A stretch of DNA of 64,000 bases from a bacterium (lineage in GTDB: Bacteria > UBA8248), in NCBI GenBank assembly GCA_965200245.1, contig CBDATS010000005.1:785365-849364 (forward strand), given 5' to 3'. Below are positions 24,778 to 36,537 of this stretch, one piece after another. The notes under the pieces were generated by a model. That model worked only from the letters and a program-made list of their open reading frames with translations, did no database searches and had not been told where the DNA came from. The position numbers were made by a program, and so were the translations under genes. Position 1 is the stretch's first letter. Each line of letters starts with the position of its first letter.

Positions 24778-24852
24778 GGGGGCGTTCCTCCCATATCACT
24801 TTCAGCGTCGAGTAAAAACGCGGTTCGCCCGCCCCAATCCGGGCGTCGGCGA

Positions 24853-25975
24853 TTACGCGCGCGCGTTCGCCTTCTCCTGTATCAGCAACAGCAGGTAGGC
24901 GTCGATGAAGGCGTCGATATTTCCATCCAGCACGGCGTTTACATCGGAACGTTCCACGTCGGTCCGATGATCCTTCACCATGCGGTAGGGATGCAAGACG
25001 TAGGAGCGAATCTGGCTCCCAAAACCAATGGTTTTCTTCATGGCGTGCAGCACTTCCTTTTCCTCCTCGCGCTTGCGCTTCTCAAGCTCGTACAACTGGC
25101 CGCGCAACAGTTTCATGGCCGTGGCACGGTTTTTGTGCTGGCTCCTCTCGTTCTGGCACGAGACCACGATGCCCGTGAGCATATGGGTGATCCGCACCGC
25201 GGAATCCGTGGTATTCACATGCTGACCGCCTGCGCCCGAACTCCGGAACACGTCAATCCGCAAGTCGTTCTCGTCTATCTCGATCTCCATGTCATCCGAC
25301 ACCTCGGGAACGACATCGACCGAAGCGAACGAGGTATGCCGTTTGGCGCTGGCATCGAAAGGCGAAATCCTGATCAAGCGATGCACACCCACTTCCGCCC
25401 GAAGGTAGCCGTACGCGTAATCCCCCTGAACGATCAAGGTGGCATTCTTGATGCCGGCCTCTTCTCCTCCCAGTATGGAAACGAGGCGCGCCTTGTAACC
25501 TTTCTCTTCCGCCCACCTCGTGTACAGGCGAAAGAGCATCTCGGCCCAATCCTGGCTTTCCACACCGCCTGCGCCTGCGTTCACGGAGAGGATGGCGTTG
25601 GCCTTGTCCTCTTCGGAATCCATGACCAGGTGAAATTCGAGGCGCTCGATCCCCTTGAAAAGCGAGGAAAGCGCATTTTCGATTTCGCTCAGGAGTTCCG
25701 ACTCGGACGTCTCTTCCATCTGGAGAAGCTGGAGAAATTCTTTCTGATCGTTCAGTCTCTCGCTGAGGTCCTCCCAGTTGCGTATCGTCTTCTCAAGCGA
25801 GGCACGCTGCTTCAACGTGTTCTGTGCGGCCTCGGGGTCGTTCCAGAAATCCGCCTCTCCGGCGAGTTTATCGAGTCTGGCGCACTCCGCCTCCAGTCTG
25901 TCGAGGTCAAAGCCGCCCTCGTAGTTCACGGAGGCGCGCCTCCAGTTGCTCGCATTTCCTGTCTAGCTCTTCCAT
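24853..25975 (-). CDS. prfB: Peptide chain release factor 2, expressed via +1 programmed frameshift
   Basis: Upstream mini-ORF MEELDRKCEQLEARLRELRGRL from ATG 25975 ends in CTT TGA C. The +1 frame continues DLDRLEAE... with SPF and GGQ motifs. Confidence 0.97.
25906..25920 (-). promoter_or_regulatory. prfB +1 frameshift signal (internal SD-like GAGGG, 3 nt, CTT TGA C)
   Basis: Minus strand reads CGA GGG CGG CTT TGA C, matching the canonical RF2 autoregulatory shift site. Confidence 0.93.
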
Positions 25976-26052
25976 CTACATCTCCCATCCTTTGATTTAC
26001 AACTCCATGACCTGTCGGCACGGAGTCCTTCCGGGCAGTCATGAACATCTTA

Positions 26053-27588
26053 TCACATTCGGGAACTCCACCTGGAGCGAAACGAGAAAATCGCCACCAG
26101 GGAAAACAAGACGCAGGCGTATGCAAACATATCCCCCATTCTGGCGTAAATGCCGGGAGCGGATTTTTTGAGCGCAACGGTGCCGGCGTGTATCCACTCC
26201 TCAAAAAGGGGGCTTCTCACCCGAATCGCTCCTGTGGGTTCGATGAACGCACTGATACCCGTGTTGGCCGAGCGGACGATCGGCACGCGCAACTCCACCG
26301 CCCGGAACACCACCATCGAGAGGTGCTGCTCGGAAGCCGCTGTCTCGCCGAACCAGGCGTCGTTCGTGATGTTGACGAGAAACTGCGCGTTCGCCATACG
26401 CCGCGCAACGCGCGGGAAAATCACCTCGAAACAAATCAGGACTCCGAATTTCCCTTCTGCGATATCGAATATCTCGGACTTCTCTCCGGACCTGAAGGTG
26501 CCGATGACGGGCACGAGCTTCCTGACGAAAAACAGCCATTTGGCGAACGGTACATATTCGCCGAAGGGCACCAGGTGCATCTTGTCATATCGGCCACCCT
26601 CCTCCCCGTCCGGTCCGATGAGATATGCCGAGTTCGTGAGTTTCGGACCCTGTTTCACTTCACGCCTGCCGAGGGCGCCAAACAGCAGGTGCGCGTTCGC
26701 CTCCCGGCCGAATTCGCGAAGAAACTCTCTATCCCGCACGCTTCGCTCGTAGACGAGAGGAGCCGCGGCCTCCGGCCAGACGATGAGGGGAGGCGGAGCA
26801 GAACCGTCCCCGGGGAAGCGGCCTCTCAACTCCCTCGTGAGTCCCCCCATCTTCTCGAGAATGCCCCTCCGCCACCTGGGAGACCACTTGACGGACTGAT
26901 CGACGTTGCCCTGCACGATACCCACCGCACGCGACTCGCCCGCCGTCTCGGCAGGCACCTCCTGGAGCCTCAGGTAACCGTAGCCCAGCACGAGTGCTGC
27001 CATGAGCGAAGCGCCGATGACGACGGCGAAGGGCGCCTTTCGCGGAAAGCGGAAGAAATGCCATATCGCCGCGTTCACGAACACAATGAAGAACGACACG
27101 CCATATACACCTGCAAGATCGGCGATCTGGATGACGTGCAGATGGCGGTATTGACTGTAGCCCAGCAGCGCCCACGGGAAGCCGGTCATGAAATAGGCGC
27201 GCAAAAGTTCCAAGGAAACCCATAGGGGTGCCGCCATCAGCAGGGTGAGAAACGATCCACCCCGATGAACACGCGCCACGCAATACGCGAACAGCGCCGG
27301 GTAGAGCGCAAGGTATAGCGTCAGGACGGCAGTGACCAGCCACGCGAGTGCAGACGGCAATCCGCCGTAGGTGGCCATGGAAATTTTCACCCACCAGATG
27401 ATAATCCCGAAAGAAACCAGACCGCTCACCAGGCCCAGCGTAAAGGCCTGCTGCGGTTTTTTGCCCTCGATCGACCACAACAGCGGCACGAGCGCAATCC
27501 AAGCCAGAACCTCGAAGCGAAACGGCGGGAACAGCGATGCCAACAGAAGACCTGTGAATATGGAGTAGCCGATATCCCTCGCCCTCAA
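26053..27588 (-). CDS. lnt: Apolipoprotein N-acyltransferase
   Basis: TGFPW, WPEAA, YDKMHLVPFGEY, LICFE, NDAWFG, RSANTGIS. Confidence 0.96.
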   Translation of the reverse strand: MRARDIGYSIFTGLLLASLFPPFRFEVLAWIALVPLLWSIEGKKPQQAFTLGLVSGLVSFGIIIWWVKISMATYGGLPSALAWLVTAVLTLYLALYPALFAYCVARVHRGGSFLTLLMAAPLWVSLELLRAYFMTGFPWALLGYSQYRHLHVIQIADLAGVYGVSFFIVFVNAAIWHFFRFPRKAPFAVVIGASLMAALVLGYGYLRLQEVPAETAGESRAVGIVQGNVDQSVKWSPRWRRGILEKMGGLTRELRGRFPGDGSAPPPLIVWPEAAAPLVYERSVRDREFLREFGREANAHLLFGALGRREVKQGPKLTNSAYLIGPDGEEGGRYDKMHLVPFGEYVPFAKWLFFVRKLVPVIGTFRSGEKSEIFDIAEGKFGVLICFEVIFPRVARRMANAQFLVNITNDAWFGETAASEQHLSMVVFRAVELRVPIVRSANTGISAFIEPTGAIRVRSPLFEEWIHAGTVALKKSAPGIYARMGDMFAYACVLFSLVAIFSFRSRWSSRM

Positions 27589-29498
27589 GGTTCGCTCCTC
27601 AGGGAATCACCCTCCCCGGCCGGGTCTTTGGATGCGCCTTCACCGCCGAGTTTCTCCCGCAAGGCGGCGACAAGCCCGGGAGTGATCCCATCCACCTCCA
27701 GGAGTCTGGAGTCGCTCGCCTCCAGGACGCCCCGCAGGCTCCCGAAGGCGCGCAAGAGAGCGCGCCTTCGCTTGGGGCCAAGGCCGGGAACGTCATCAAG
27801 GCCGCTTCTAAGCGCCGTGCGACTGCGGCGCGTGCGATGAAACGTCAGTACGAAGCGGTGCACCTCGTCGCGAATTTTCTGGAGCATGAGCTTGGGCATC
27901 CCCCCCTCGGAGAGCCGGACGGGATCGGGCTGGCCGGGCAGGAAAATCACGTCGTGCGCTTCGGGGTTGTCGGAACTTCTTCCCTTCGAGAGCGCGCACA
28001 GCGCCACATCCGCCACGCCGAGTTCCTCCAGTGCAGAAACCGTCGACGAGAGTTGCCCCTTGCCCCCGTCGATGAGCAGAAGGTCGGGCATTTCGCTCCC
28101 CTCGTTCACCAGCTGCTCCAGACGCCGGAACACTATCTCACGCATGGCGGAATAATCGTCCGGCGATTTCGCCACGCTCCGTACCCTGTAGCGGCGGTAA
28201 CCGTCCTTGAGCGGACGCCCGTCCTGAAACATGACGCTCGCGCCGACGATGTGGCTCCCCTGCAGGTTCGACACGTCGAACGCCTCGATACGCACGGGCA
28301 GTTCCTCAAGCCCCAGGGCACGGCGTATCTCCTCAAGCGTCTGCTGCTCCTTGCTGACAAGTGCGCTCTCCTGCTCCTGTGCGTGTGACGCGTTTTCGCT
28401 CGCCATCCCGACCAGTCTGCGCTTGTTTCCCCGGCGGGGATAAAAGACGGACACCTTCTTGCCCCGTTTTTCGGACAGCCACTCACCGATGAGCGAGGCG
28501 TCGCCCACTACAGCGGGCAGGAGGACCTCATCCGGGAAAAAGGTCTTGTCCGCGTAATACTGCTTCACGAACGCGGAGACTACCTCTGCGTCGGGAATGC
28601 CCTCACGGGCGGCCACGTGGAATTCCTGGTCTCCCAGCAGCCTGCCGCCCCGGATGAAAAACAGGCGAAACGTCGCCTTTTCCCCCTCGCGATGGCAACC
28701 GAGCACATCCTGCTCGCCGCCTTTCACAGAAAGCATGGTCTGCCGCTCGGTGACGTGCTCGATACCGCGAATCTGATCCCGCACCCTGGCGGCGGCTTCG
28801 TACTGAAGTTCCTCGGAATATACCCGCATCTGCCTATCGAGCCTGCGAACCAGTTCCCGATTTTTTCCCTTGAGAAAATCGAGCGCGTCGCTGACGCCGC
28901 CCCTGTACGCCTCCTTGCTTTGAAGATCGTCGCAGGGTCCCAGACACTGACCCATCTGGAAATAGATGCAGCGTTCTGCCGTCTTGTCCTCCAGTCCACC
29001 CGTACAGGGACGGATGTGAAACGTTTTCTGCAGGAAACGAATCGTGCGCCTGAGACTGCTCGCCGAGGGGAAGGGCCCCAAGTAGGAATCACCGTCTCCC
29101 GCGGGGCGTCGCACGATGCTCAGGCGGGGGTAATCCTCGCTCGTGCTCAACTTCATGTAGGGGAAATGTTTGTCATCGCGCAGGAGCACGTTGTGGCGCG
29201 GCTTGTGCTTTTTGACGTAATTGCTCTCCAGAATAAGAGCCTCGACCTCGTTGGCCGTCACAATGTGCTCCAGCGTGGCGGATTCCTCCACCATCTTCTG
29301 TATCCATGGGCCTCGCCCCGCCCTTTTTGCAAAATAGCTCCGCACCCTGCTTCTCAAGCGCAAGGCCTTGCCGACATAGAGGACATCTCCCGCCTGGTTC
29401 CTGAAGATGTATATCCCCGGTTTTTCAGGCAAGGACTTCAGGAACGAGCGGCCCTCGCCCACCGAAAAGAGGCTGGGGGTCAGGGCAGAATCACTCAT
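27585..29498 (-). CDS. uvrC: Excinuclease ABC subunit C
   Basis: PGIY...YVGKA (GIY-YIG), [16 protein letters not shown]-terminal HhH. Confidence 0.97.
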   Translation of the reverse strand: MSDSALTPSLFSVGEGRSFLKSLPEKPGIYIFRNQAGDVLYVGKALRLRSRVRSYFAKRAGRGPWIQKMVEESATLEHIVTANEVEALILESNYVKKHKPRHNVLLRDDKHFPYMKLSTSEDYPRLSIVRRPAGDGDSYLGPFPSASSLRRTIRFLQKTFHIRPCTGGLEDKTAERCIYFQMGQCLGPCDDLQSKEAYRGGVSDALDFLKGKNRELVRRLDRQMRVYSEELQYEAAARVRDQIRGIEHVTERQTMLSVKGGEQDVLGCHREGEKATFRLFFIRGGRLLGDQEFHVAAREGIPDAEVVSAFVKQYYADKTFFPDEVLLPAVVGDASLIGEWLSEKRGKKVSVFYPRRGNKRRLVGMASENASHAQEQESALVSKEQQTLEEIRRALGLEELPVRIEAFDVSNLQGSHIVGASVMFQDGRPLKDGYRRYRVRSVAKSPDDYSAMREIVFRRLEQLVNEGSEMPDLLLIDGGKGQLSSTVSALEELGVADVALCALSKGRSSDNPEAHDVIFLPGQPDPVRLSEGGMPKLMLQKIRDEVHRFVLTFHRTRRSRTALRSGLDDVPGLGPKRRRALLRAFGSLRGVLEASDSRLLEVDGITPGLVAALREKLGGEGASKDPAGEGDSLRSEP

Positions 29499-31504
29499 GT
29501 CGCGATTTTCGAGGGTGTGAGGCCTAACTGACGGCGTTCGATGGCGAGAATCCTGTCGCGAATTTCAGCAGCCCTCTCGAATTCGAGTTTCTGGGCCGCC
29601 TCGTGCATCCGGGCGCGAAGTTCATCCAGTGCCGCCGCGTCGATTTCCGAGAATTCCGGCTCGTCCGTCTCTTCCCACCCGGGGATGTCCGCGAATTCCT
29701 TTTCGCCCGAGGCTTCGAGAAGCTCGTCCATCCTGCGGCTTATGGAACGGGGAACAACCCCGTTCTCCTCGTTATAAGCGACCTGGATACTTCTTCTCCT
29801 GTCCATCTCGTCGAGCACGCGGCGCATGCTGTCGGTGATGCGATCAGCGTACATGATGACCCGGCCGTTCACATGCCTCGCCGCGCGGCCCGAGGTCTGG
29901 ATGAGTGAAGTTTCAGAGCGCAGGAAACCCTCCTTGTCCGCGTCGAATATGGCGACCAGGGAGACTTCCGGCAAATCCAGCCCCTCGCGCAGCAGGTTGA
30001 TACCGATCAGAACGTCGAAAACGCCCGAACGCAAATCGCGTATGATACGCACCCGTTCCAAGGCGTCGATGTCACTGTGCATGTACCGCACCCGGACACC
30101 CAGGTCCTCGTAGTATTCCGTCAGATCTTCGGAGAAACGCTTCGTCAACGTGGTGACGAGGGCCCGGTCGCCTTTCGCTGCCACTTGGCGCACCTCTGCC
30201 AGAAGATCGTCCACCTGCCCCTGCACGGGCCGGACCTCCACCGGTGGATCGACCAGGCCGGTGGGCCGGAGCAACTGTTCCACGACAACGCCTTCACTCT
30301 TTTCCAGTTCGTAGGGTCCGGGAGTCGCAGAAACGTAGATCGTGTTCTTGAGGTTCGACTCGAACTCGCTCATTTCGAGCGGGCGGTTGTCCAGTGCCGA
30401 GGGCAGTCTGAAACCATACGACACCAGGGTTTCCTTGCGCGAGCGGTCGCCCCGGTACATACCCCGCAACTGGGGGATGCTCTGGTGGCTCTCGTCTATT
30501 ACTACCAGATGATCACGCGAAAAATAGGAGAACAGGGTCGCGGGCGGTTCGCCCGTGAGGCGACCGTCAAGGTGCAGGCTGTAATTCTCCACCCCGTGGC
30601 AGTAGCCTACTTCCCGAAGCATCTCGATGTCCTGCAAGGTTCTCTGCTGCAAGCGCTGCGCTTCGTAGGATTTGTCCTGCGCGTTCAGCACCGCCACCTG
30701 TTCCCACAATTCCTCCTGTATGGATTCGATGGCGGTCGAGAGCCTCTCCTCGGGCGTGATGTAGTGGCTGTTGGGGTAAATCTCCACCCGATCGAGTTTT
30801 CTCAAAACGACTCCCCGCAACGGTTCGATTTCCGTGATGGCATCTATTTCATCACCAAAGAATTCGACGCGAATCGCCTGCTCTTCCTCGTGGGCGGGCA
30901 GGATTTCGACAATGTCGCCGCGCGCGCGAAAAGAGGCGCGTCGCAAGGCCGCGTCCGAGCGTCGATACTGAATCCGCACGAGTTGCGTCAGCAGTTCATC
31001 GCGATCCATGTCCATACCGACGGAAATGTCGATATGCAGATCGAAGTAATCTGCCGGCGAACCCAGGCCGTAGATGGAACTTACGCTCGCCACCACGATG
31101 ACGTCGTCGCGCATCAGCGCGGAGCGCGTGGCCGCGTGGCGCAGGCAGTCGAGTTCGTCGTTGATCGAGGCGTCCTTTTCAATGAACGTATCCGTGGTGG
31201 GAACGTAGGCCTCGGGCTGATAGTAGTCGTAGTAACTGACGAAATACTCCACTGCGTTGTTCGGGAAAAACCCCTTGAATTCGTTGTAGAGCTGCGCGGC
31301 CAGGGTCTTGTTGTGGGCGATGACGAGCGTGGGCTTTCCCAACTTCGCGATGACGTTCGCCACCGTGAACGTCTTGCCCGATCCGGTGACACCCAAGAGA
31401 ACCTGATGATTCTGTCCCTCTTCGAACTGGCGGACGATGGCGTCTATCGCCTCGGGCTGATCGCCTGTGGGGGAAAATTTCGAGTCCAGTTCGTAAATAC
31501 TCAT
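29495..31504 (-). CDS. uvrB: Excinuclease ABC subunit B
   Basis: [34 protein letters not shown]-terminal UVR domain. Confidence 0.98.
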   Translation of the reverse strand: MSIYELDSKFSPTGDQPEAIDAIVRQFEEGQNHQVLLGVTGSGKTFTVANVIAKLGKPTLVIAHNKTLAAQLYNEFKGFFPNNAVEYFVSYYDYYQPEAYVPTTDTFIEKDASINDELDCLRHAATRSALMRDDVIVVASVSSIYGLGSPADYFDLHIDISVGMDMDRDELLTQLVRIQYRRSDAALRRASFRARGDIVEILPAHEEEQAIRVEFFGDEIDAITEIEPLRGVVLRKLDRVEIYPNSHYITPEERLSTAIESIQEELWEQVAVLNAQDKSYEAQRLQQRTLQDIEMLREVGYCHGVENYSLHLDGRLTGEPPATLFSYFSRDHLVVIDESHQSIPQLRGMYRGDRSRKETLVSYGFRLPSALDNRPLEMSEFESNLKNTIYVSATPGPYELEKSEGVVVEQLLRPTGLVDPPVEVRPVQGQVDDLLAEVRQVAAKGDRALVTTLTKRFSEDLTEYYEDLGVRVRYMHSDIDALERVRIIRDLRSGVFDVLIGINLLREGLDLPEVSLVAIFDADKEGFLRSETSLIQTSGRAARHVNGRVIMYADRITDSMRRVLDEMDRRRSIQVAYNEENGVVPRSISRRMDELLEASGEKEFADIPGWEETDEPEFSEIDAAALDELRARMHEAAQKLEFERAAEIRDRILAIERRQLGLTPSKIAT

Positions 31505-31592
31505 GAATGACCACCTGTCTCCGACCACGACGATTCAGAAAACGAGCATTTCGAATTCTAGCGGATAAGGAAAGACCGATAAACCTTGGGTG

Positions 31593-32120
31593 TCAGGAGG
31601 GCGGCCAAGGTTGGAAGTATTTTTCCCACACGTGATGCAGGTTCCGGGAAAATCGATGGTTCAGGTGATGGAACAGGAATGATTTCGGCTGGACGGGCCG
31701 ACGCCTGAGCTTCAGGCCCGCCTCATCGGGGGTGCGATTCCCTTTTTTCGCGTTGCATTTTCGGCAACTGCAAACCACGTTCTCCCACGTGGAGCGGCCC
31801 TCGCGCGAGCGCGGCAGCACGTGATCCACCGTCAAATAACCACCCCTTGTCCCGCAATACTGGCAGGTATTCTCGTCGCGGCGCATTACGTTCTTTTTGC
31901 TGAACGGAATCCGGCTCCGGCGCGGCACGTATACATAGGTTCTCAGGCGTATGACGGCGGGAAGATGAAACTCCATTGCCTCGCTGCGGACGAGCAGGCC
32001 GTTTGTCTCGACGGTGTCCGCCTTGCCGGTGATCATCATGCGAATGGCACGACGCGCGTTGCAGACATTGATCGGCTCATACGTCTGGTTGAGCACCAGA
32101 ACACGCGATTGTTCGATCAC
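31593..32120 (-). CDS. HNH endonuclease (McrA/HNH_5-like)
   Basis: VLVLNQTYEP, RDENTCQYCG, TVDHVLPRSR, WENVVCSCRKCNAKKG. Confidence 0.92.
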   Translation of the reverse strand: MIEQSRVLVLNQTYEPINVCNARRAIRMMITGKADTVETNGLLVRSEAMEFHLPAVIRLRTYVYVPRRSRIPFSKKNVMRRDENTCQYCGTRGGYLTVDHVLPRSREGRSTWENVVCSCRKCNAKKGNRTPDEAGLKLRRRPVQPKSFLFHHLNHRFSRNLHHVWEKYFQPWPPS

Positions 32121-32512
32121 CCTATACGCTCCCCTCGAGACAAGTGGACGACGGGATACGAATGCTGCTCACGCATCCCTTTATGTCGGCCTCGTTCCCC
32201 CTTGTCAACGAGCGAATGTGTATTGGTAGTGTCTTTTTCATGACAATATAGATAAAGGGAAGGAAGAGTTTCTATCAGAACCGGTGTATGGGCTGAATTG
32301 AAGAAGGCGGCGCATTCCTGCTGAAATAGGGTTGTCAAAAGCCCGGTCATTCAAACATAGGAGATGCGCCACTACGCGAGAAGATACGACGATTTCCTAT
32401 TATGGAATCCAGCCTCCCAGGTTTCCCAAAGAGAACTAAGTTGTTTTGAGGTCGGATAACCAGGAACGACACCCATGCCCCCATTGCCTGTAGTGTTTGC
32501 CCTGATTGATGC

Positions 32513-33415
32513 CTACGGATTAGGAGTTCCTAGGTTTTCCGGGGATATTCCAACCTGAACGGGTGGAACAGGTTGGACAGTATGATGCTTGATAAACGCA
32601 CGGCCAGTATGGTTTTCGACAATCTTTACGGCACTCGTACCAGCAAACGTATGGGTCGTTGCATGAAACACCGAAAGACTCAGATCCTGAAACTCTTCGT
32701 TTTTTTCCAACCTACAATCGGAAACTTCCCGGGCCCTCTCCTGCGGATCATCCATACCCTAGAACATATATGTCTCTAGCCATGTCCTCACCAACTCCTT
32801 CGACATAGCTAGCGCATTTTCACATTGCACCAAGAGATCAGGACCATATTGGCTTAGTGTCGGCAACCAAGCTGACAATTTTTCCGGGACAACACATTCT
32901 TGCTGGGCGCGATCGAACTGATCCAATACCGCCTGAGCAGGAACCATGCGCACGCCCAATGGTGTCGGCAACAGGATTTGCGGGTCGGTAGGACCAAGAA
33001 ACGAATGTTTACCAAGCACAACCTTGTCTGCAGCGCACGCGATCATGGTGGCTGCCGACATCGCGAGTTGTGGAACGATCACCCGAATATGCTCAAAGCG
33101 GGAACGCAGATAAGAAACGATCGCTTCGGCTGTTTCAGGAGAACCACCGGGGCTATGCAAAATCAGATCCAGTTCGTTACCGTTCATGCCATAGATAACT
33201 TCCATGAACGCCTGTATGTCTTCATCACCAATAGAAACTAACCCGGGCGGTGCTTCGCCTCTTTGCAGTCATCCCGATGCATACAGGATCACGTTACGCT
33301 TGGAATTCCGGTGAAGTTGCAAAAGGTATTTGCGACGAACTTTATCGTAATCAGGCGGACGCCCCTGCTCCTGCGTGGAACGCAACTCGTCCAGAATTTC
33401 ACTCCATATCGGCAA
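32513..33415 (-). pseudogene. SDH-family ClpP-fold serine protease, inactivated
   Basis: One continuous frame from TTG 33415 (MPIWSEILDEL...). In-frame TGA at 33269-71 (YASG*LQ) and TAG at 32759-61. Motifs LILHSPGG, AMSAATM, LGPTDPQ. Apparent deletion near 32715. Confidence 0.8.
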
Positions 33416-33430
33416 TTTGAGGCTCCTGAC

Positions 33431-33643
33431 TTAACGAGCCGTCGTATAGTTCGTTGTCGTGATCTGTTGAGCCTCTTTCGTGGCCCAGCGATGGACATCA
33501 ATCCCTTTTTTTCTGTCTATCCAGCCATGGTAGACCTCCATGACCTCACGAATACCCGGACGGGCCAACGCCATCTCCAGCATGTTTGCGTGTTCTTCCG
33601 CACGTTCAGAAGTTCCCTGTGTATTGGCTTCTCCTTGACTCAT
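33431..33643 (-). CDS. Small hypothetical protein immediately upstream of the SDH protease
   Basis: MSQGEANTQ...EMALARPGIREVMEVY; ends 15 bp before the protease start; in frame with an upstream fragment. Confidence 0.5.
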   Translation of the reverse strand: MSQGEANTQGTSERAEEHANMLEMALARPGIREVMEVYHGWIDRKKGIDVHRWATKEAQQITTTNYTTAR

Positions 33644-33649
33644 GCCGAA

Positions 33650-33796
33650 TTCTCCTAGGTTGTGGCCGCCCTTGCGGGCATTTACCTGGCCTTCCGTTTG
33701 AGTTTCCAATACTACACCTGTTGCAATCTGGGCGACACGAACGGCACACCCGGCAACATCCCCGGGTCTTTTCTCTCCCCATGGGCCAGCGGGCAT
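33650..33796 (-). pseudogene. N-terminal fragment of a small basic protein of the kind found beside IS1-like/DDE transposases
   Basis: MPAGPWGEKRPGDVAGCAVRVAQIATG...RKGG resembles GPxGEKRPxDxxxxAVxVxxIATG proteins; the basic C-terminal helix is missing. Confidence 0.5.
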
Positions 33797-34084
33797 ATTT
33801 TATCCTCCCGTTCGCTCAATCAAGGCCCAAAGGGCAACCATAGATTCTTCATGCCTTTTCATAGCTTCTGCGTGAATTCTCATGGAACCTTCTGATCGTT
33901 TCTCTGTACTCCTGTTCAAAGAATAAATCCCGTATCACATGGTAATGACTATCGCATACGTTTGGGCGAGAGTTAGAATTATTGCATTTTACGCAAAAAA
34001 AACATACAGGCCACTTGACAAGAAAACGGGCATTAACCAACTTTGGGATTTTTCAAAGTTAGACGCTACACCGGATTTCCGACA

Positions 34085-34113
34085 TTGCGAAAAGGACGGC
34101 TCAAACCTATAAT
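34085..34113 (+). promoter_or_regulatory. Sigma70-type promoter of mrcA
   Basis: TTGCGA-17 nt-TATAAT, ~65 bp upstream of the start codon. Confidence 0.7.
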
Positions 34114-34177
34114 TGTTGAACTTCGCAAAACGCGGAGTTGAACCTCGAAAATTCGTCTCCCCGGAGAGGGTTGTCCG

Positions 34178-36400
34178 TTGTTCCCCCGTTCCCGAAGCGG
34201 AAAAATCTTACTCCTCACGCTGATACCTCTGGCCATTGCTTGTGGCTTGGGACTCGGCGCGAGTTTCGGTTATATGTACGACTTCCCCGAAATCGAACGT
34301 CTGCATAACTACAAGCCCAACACCATCACGCGCATTTACGCCCGGGGGGGCGAGTTGATTGCGGAATTGTACCAAGAGAGAAGAAAGCCCATCCCCCTGA
34401 AGCAAATCCCTGCCACGCTGCGCCAAGCATTCCTCGCCATAGAGGACAGCCGCTTCTACGACCATCCGGGAGTCAGTTACCCGGACATCTTCCGGGCGTT
34501 CGCCAAGAACCTGATCGCGGGCCACTTCGTTCAGGGGGGCAGCACCATCACGCAGCAGTTGGCGAAAGTTCTCTTTCTCACTCCAGAGCGCAAACTCAAG
34601 CGAAAAATCCGGGAAGCGCTTCTGGCCCTCGATATCGAGCGACGCTTCACGAAAGATGAGATACTCGAATTCTACCTGAACCAGATATATCTGGGCAGTG
34701 GGGCGTACGGCGTGCAGGCGGCGGCCCAAATCTATTTCGGGAAAACCGTCGATCAGCTCACCCTGGCCGAATCGGTCATGATTGCCGGGCTGCCGAAGGC
34801 GCCCACGAGGTTCAACCCCAAAATCAATCCCGATAAAGCGCTGGTGCGTCGCAACCTGGTGATCGAGAGAATGCGGGTGACGGGCTTCATCACAGAAGAG
34901 CAGGCGAAAAGCACGCAGGAAGAGCCGATCCGCGTCATTCCGAAGACGATGAACATCGCGCCCGAAGCCGCCTATTTCATCGAGAAAACGCGTATCGGCC
35001 TCGGCCGCCGCTTCGGGCAATCCCTTTATACGAGCGGTCTCCAAATCCATACGACCGTCGACATCGGCCTGCAGAGAATCGCACATCGCGCGCTCGTTGA
35101 CGGGATAGAGAGAATCAACATCAAACGCGGTTTCTTGAAGGCCGGGGCGAAACTCAAGAGACCGCCGCGCCTGGGAGACGGGTTCCAGTTTCACATTCTG
35201 GACATAACCGGGAGGACGGTGAGCGGCATTATCGAGAACTACGAGGCGGAGATGCCCCTTCCAATGCGCATCAACCCCAAACGACTCAGGGTGGGCGACC
35301 TTCTACTGGGGCGCGTGATCAAGGTAGACCGCGCCTCGAAAAAGATCGTTCTCGAATGGCAGGAAACCGTACAGGGTGCCGTTGTCGCGTTCGACCCCGG
35401 AACGGGAGCGCTCCGCGCCCTGACGGGCGGAACCAATTTCCGCCGCTTTCCGTTCAACCGCGCTACGCAGGCGCGGCGCCAGCCGGGCTCAGCCTTCAAA
35501 CCCATCATCATGGCAACGGCCCTCTCCCAAGGCTACACGCCCGCCCACATTCTAATGGACACCCCCTTCGTGCGCCGGATACCGGGCACGCTCAAGGACT
35601 GGAAACCCAGAAACTACACCAACAAGTTCTACGGCCCCGTCACCATGCGAAGGACCCTCGAGGCGTCGCTCAACCTGGCGACCATCAAGCTGCTCGACCA
35701 GATGGGGTCGCAAAAGGCCGTCACGTACGCGCACCGGCTCGGCATTCGCTCGAAAATGAACCCGTATCTTTCGCTCGCGCTCGGCTCCATCGAGGTAACG
35801 CCGTACCAGTTTACGGCTTCCTACATTCCCTACGTGGCGCAGGGCATTTACGCGCGACCTTTCGATATCACGAAAGTCACCGACGGCAGTAACCGGGTGC
35901 TGGAGGAGAACATCCCCACGAAGCACCGCGCCATTTCGCCGGAGACAGCATATCAGATGAAGATGCTGCTACGCGGCGTCGTCACGCACGGAACCGGGAA
36001 AAAGGCCAGGGACCTCGACGCGTTCCTGGCCGGAAAAACGGGCACGACGAACGAATTCCGCGATGCCTGGTTCGTCGGCTTCTCCGAAGACCTCGTGTTG
36101 GGCGTCTGGGTGGGCCGCGACGACAACAAGGACATGGGCTACCGGGCCTCGGGAGGAAGTGCTGCTCTTCCCATCTGGGTCGACGTGATGAAAGGTTTTC
36201 TCGAAGGCAAAGAAACGGAATTGCGCACTCCCACGCCACCGCCGGGCATCAAACTGGTAAAGGTGGACTCTCTCTCCGGCCTGTTACCCTCGCATTCGTG
36301 CGAGGGAGAACCGAGAGTGGAAGCCTTCGTGGAGGGAACGGAACCCTCCGAACCCTGCCCGCCCAAATCCCGCCTTCCGGCCATCATGAGCGGCGGCTAA
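34178..36400 (+). CDS. mrcA: Penicillin-binding protein 1A (bifunctional GT51/transpeptidase)
   Basis: EDSRFYDH, GGSTITQQLAK, RQPGSAFK (SxxK), SLN, GKTGT. Confidence 0.95.
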   Translation: MFPRSRSGKILLLTLIPLAIACGLGLGASFGYMYDFPEIERLHNYKPNTITRIYARGGELIAELYQERRKPIPLKQIPATLRQAFLAIEDSRFYDHPGVSYPDIFRAFAKNLIAGHFVQGGSTITQQLAKVLFLTPERKLKRKIREALLALDIERRFTKDEILEFYLNQIYLGSGAYGVQAAAQIYFGKTVDQLTLAESVMIAGLPKAPTRFNPKINPDKALVRRNLVIERMRVTGFITEEQAKSTQEEPIRVIPKTMNIAPEAAYFIEKTRIGLGRRFGQSLYTSGLQIHTTVDIGLQRIAHRALVDGIERINIKRGFLKAGAKLKRPPRLGDGFQFHILDITGRTVSGIIENYEAEMPLPMRINPKRLRVGDLLLGRVIKVDRASKKIVLEWQETVQGAVVAFDPGTGALRALTGGTNFRRFPFNRATQARRQPGSAFKPIIMATALSQGYTPAHILMDTPFVRRIPGTLKDWKPRNYTNKFYGPVTMRRTLEASLNLATIKLLDQMGSQKAVTYAHRLGIRSKMNPYLSLALGSIEVTPYQFTASYIPYVAQGIYARPFDITKVTDGSNRVLEENIPTKHRAISPETAYQMKMLLRGVVTHGTGKKARDLDAFLAGKTGTTNEFRDAWFVGFSEDLVLGVWVGRDDNKDMGYRASGGSAALPIWVDVMKGFLEGKETELRTPTPPPGIKLVKVDSLSGLLPSHSCEGEPRVEAFVEGTEPSEPCPPKSRLPAIMSGG

Positions 36401-36505
36401 AGACGAGAAGCGCTCAATGTCTGTGCCCCATTCCCGACATTTGCAGTTCCCGCAAATTTCCACACTGGAATATGACGACCTGTTTCGCCCGTAGATTCTC
36501 CTATC
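36397..36505. repeat. Diverged direct repeat, copy 1 (~110 bp)
   Basis: ctaaagacg...ggaatatgacgacctgtttcgcccgtagattctcctatc; about 85% identical by eye to 39542-39649. Confidence 0.85.
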
Positions 36506-36537
36506 CTGACCAATACTTTCCAGTTCTGGGAAATACG

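Noticed and set aside
32213-32226. LexA/Cheo-like box CGAATGTGTATTGG upstream of HNH-uvrB
   Set aside because: Three mismatches to the consensus, and the LexA motif of this lineage is unknown
32225-32375. GGTAGTG...CACTAC as IS1-like ends of a ~150-bp MITE
   Set aside because: Only 6 bp of complementarity and no target duplication seen
33269-33271. In-frame TGA read as selenocysteine or an alternative genetic code
   Set aside because: The context (ASG*LQ) suggests TGG>TGA. The same gene also has a TAG, and TGA is a normal stop elsewhere, including the prfB shift site
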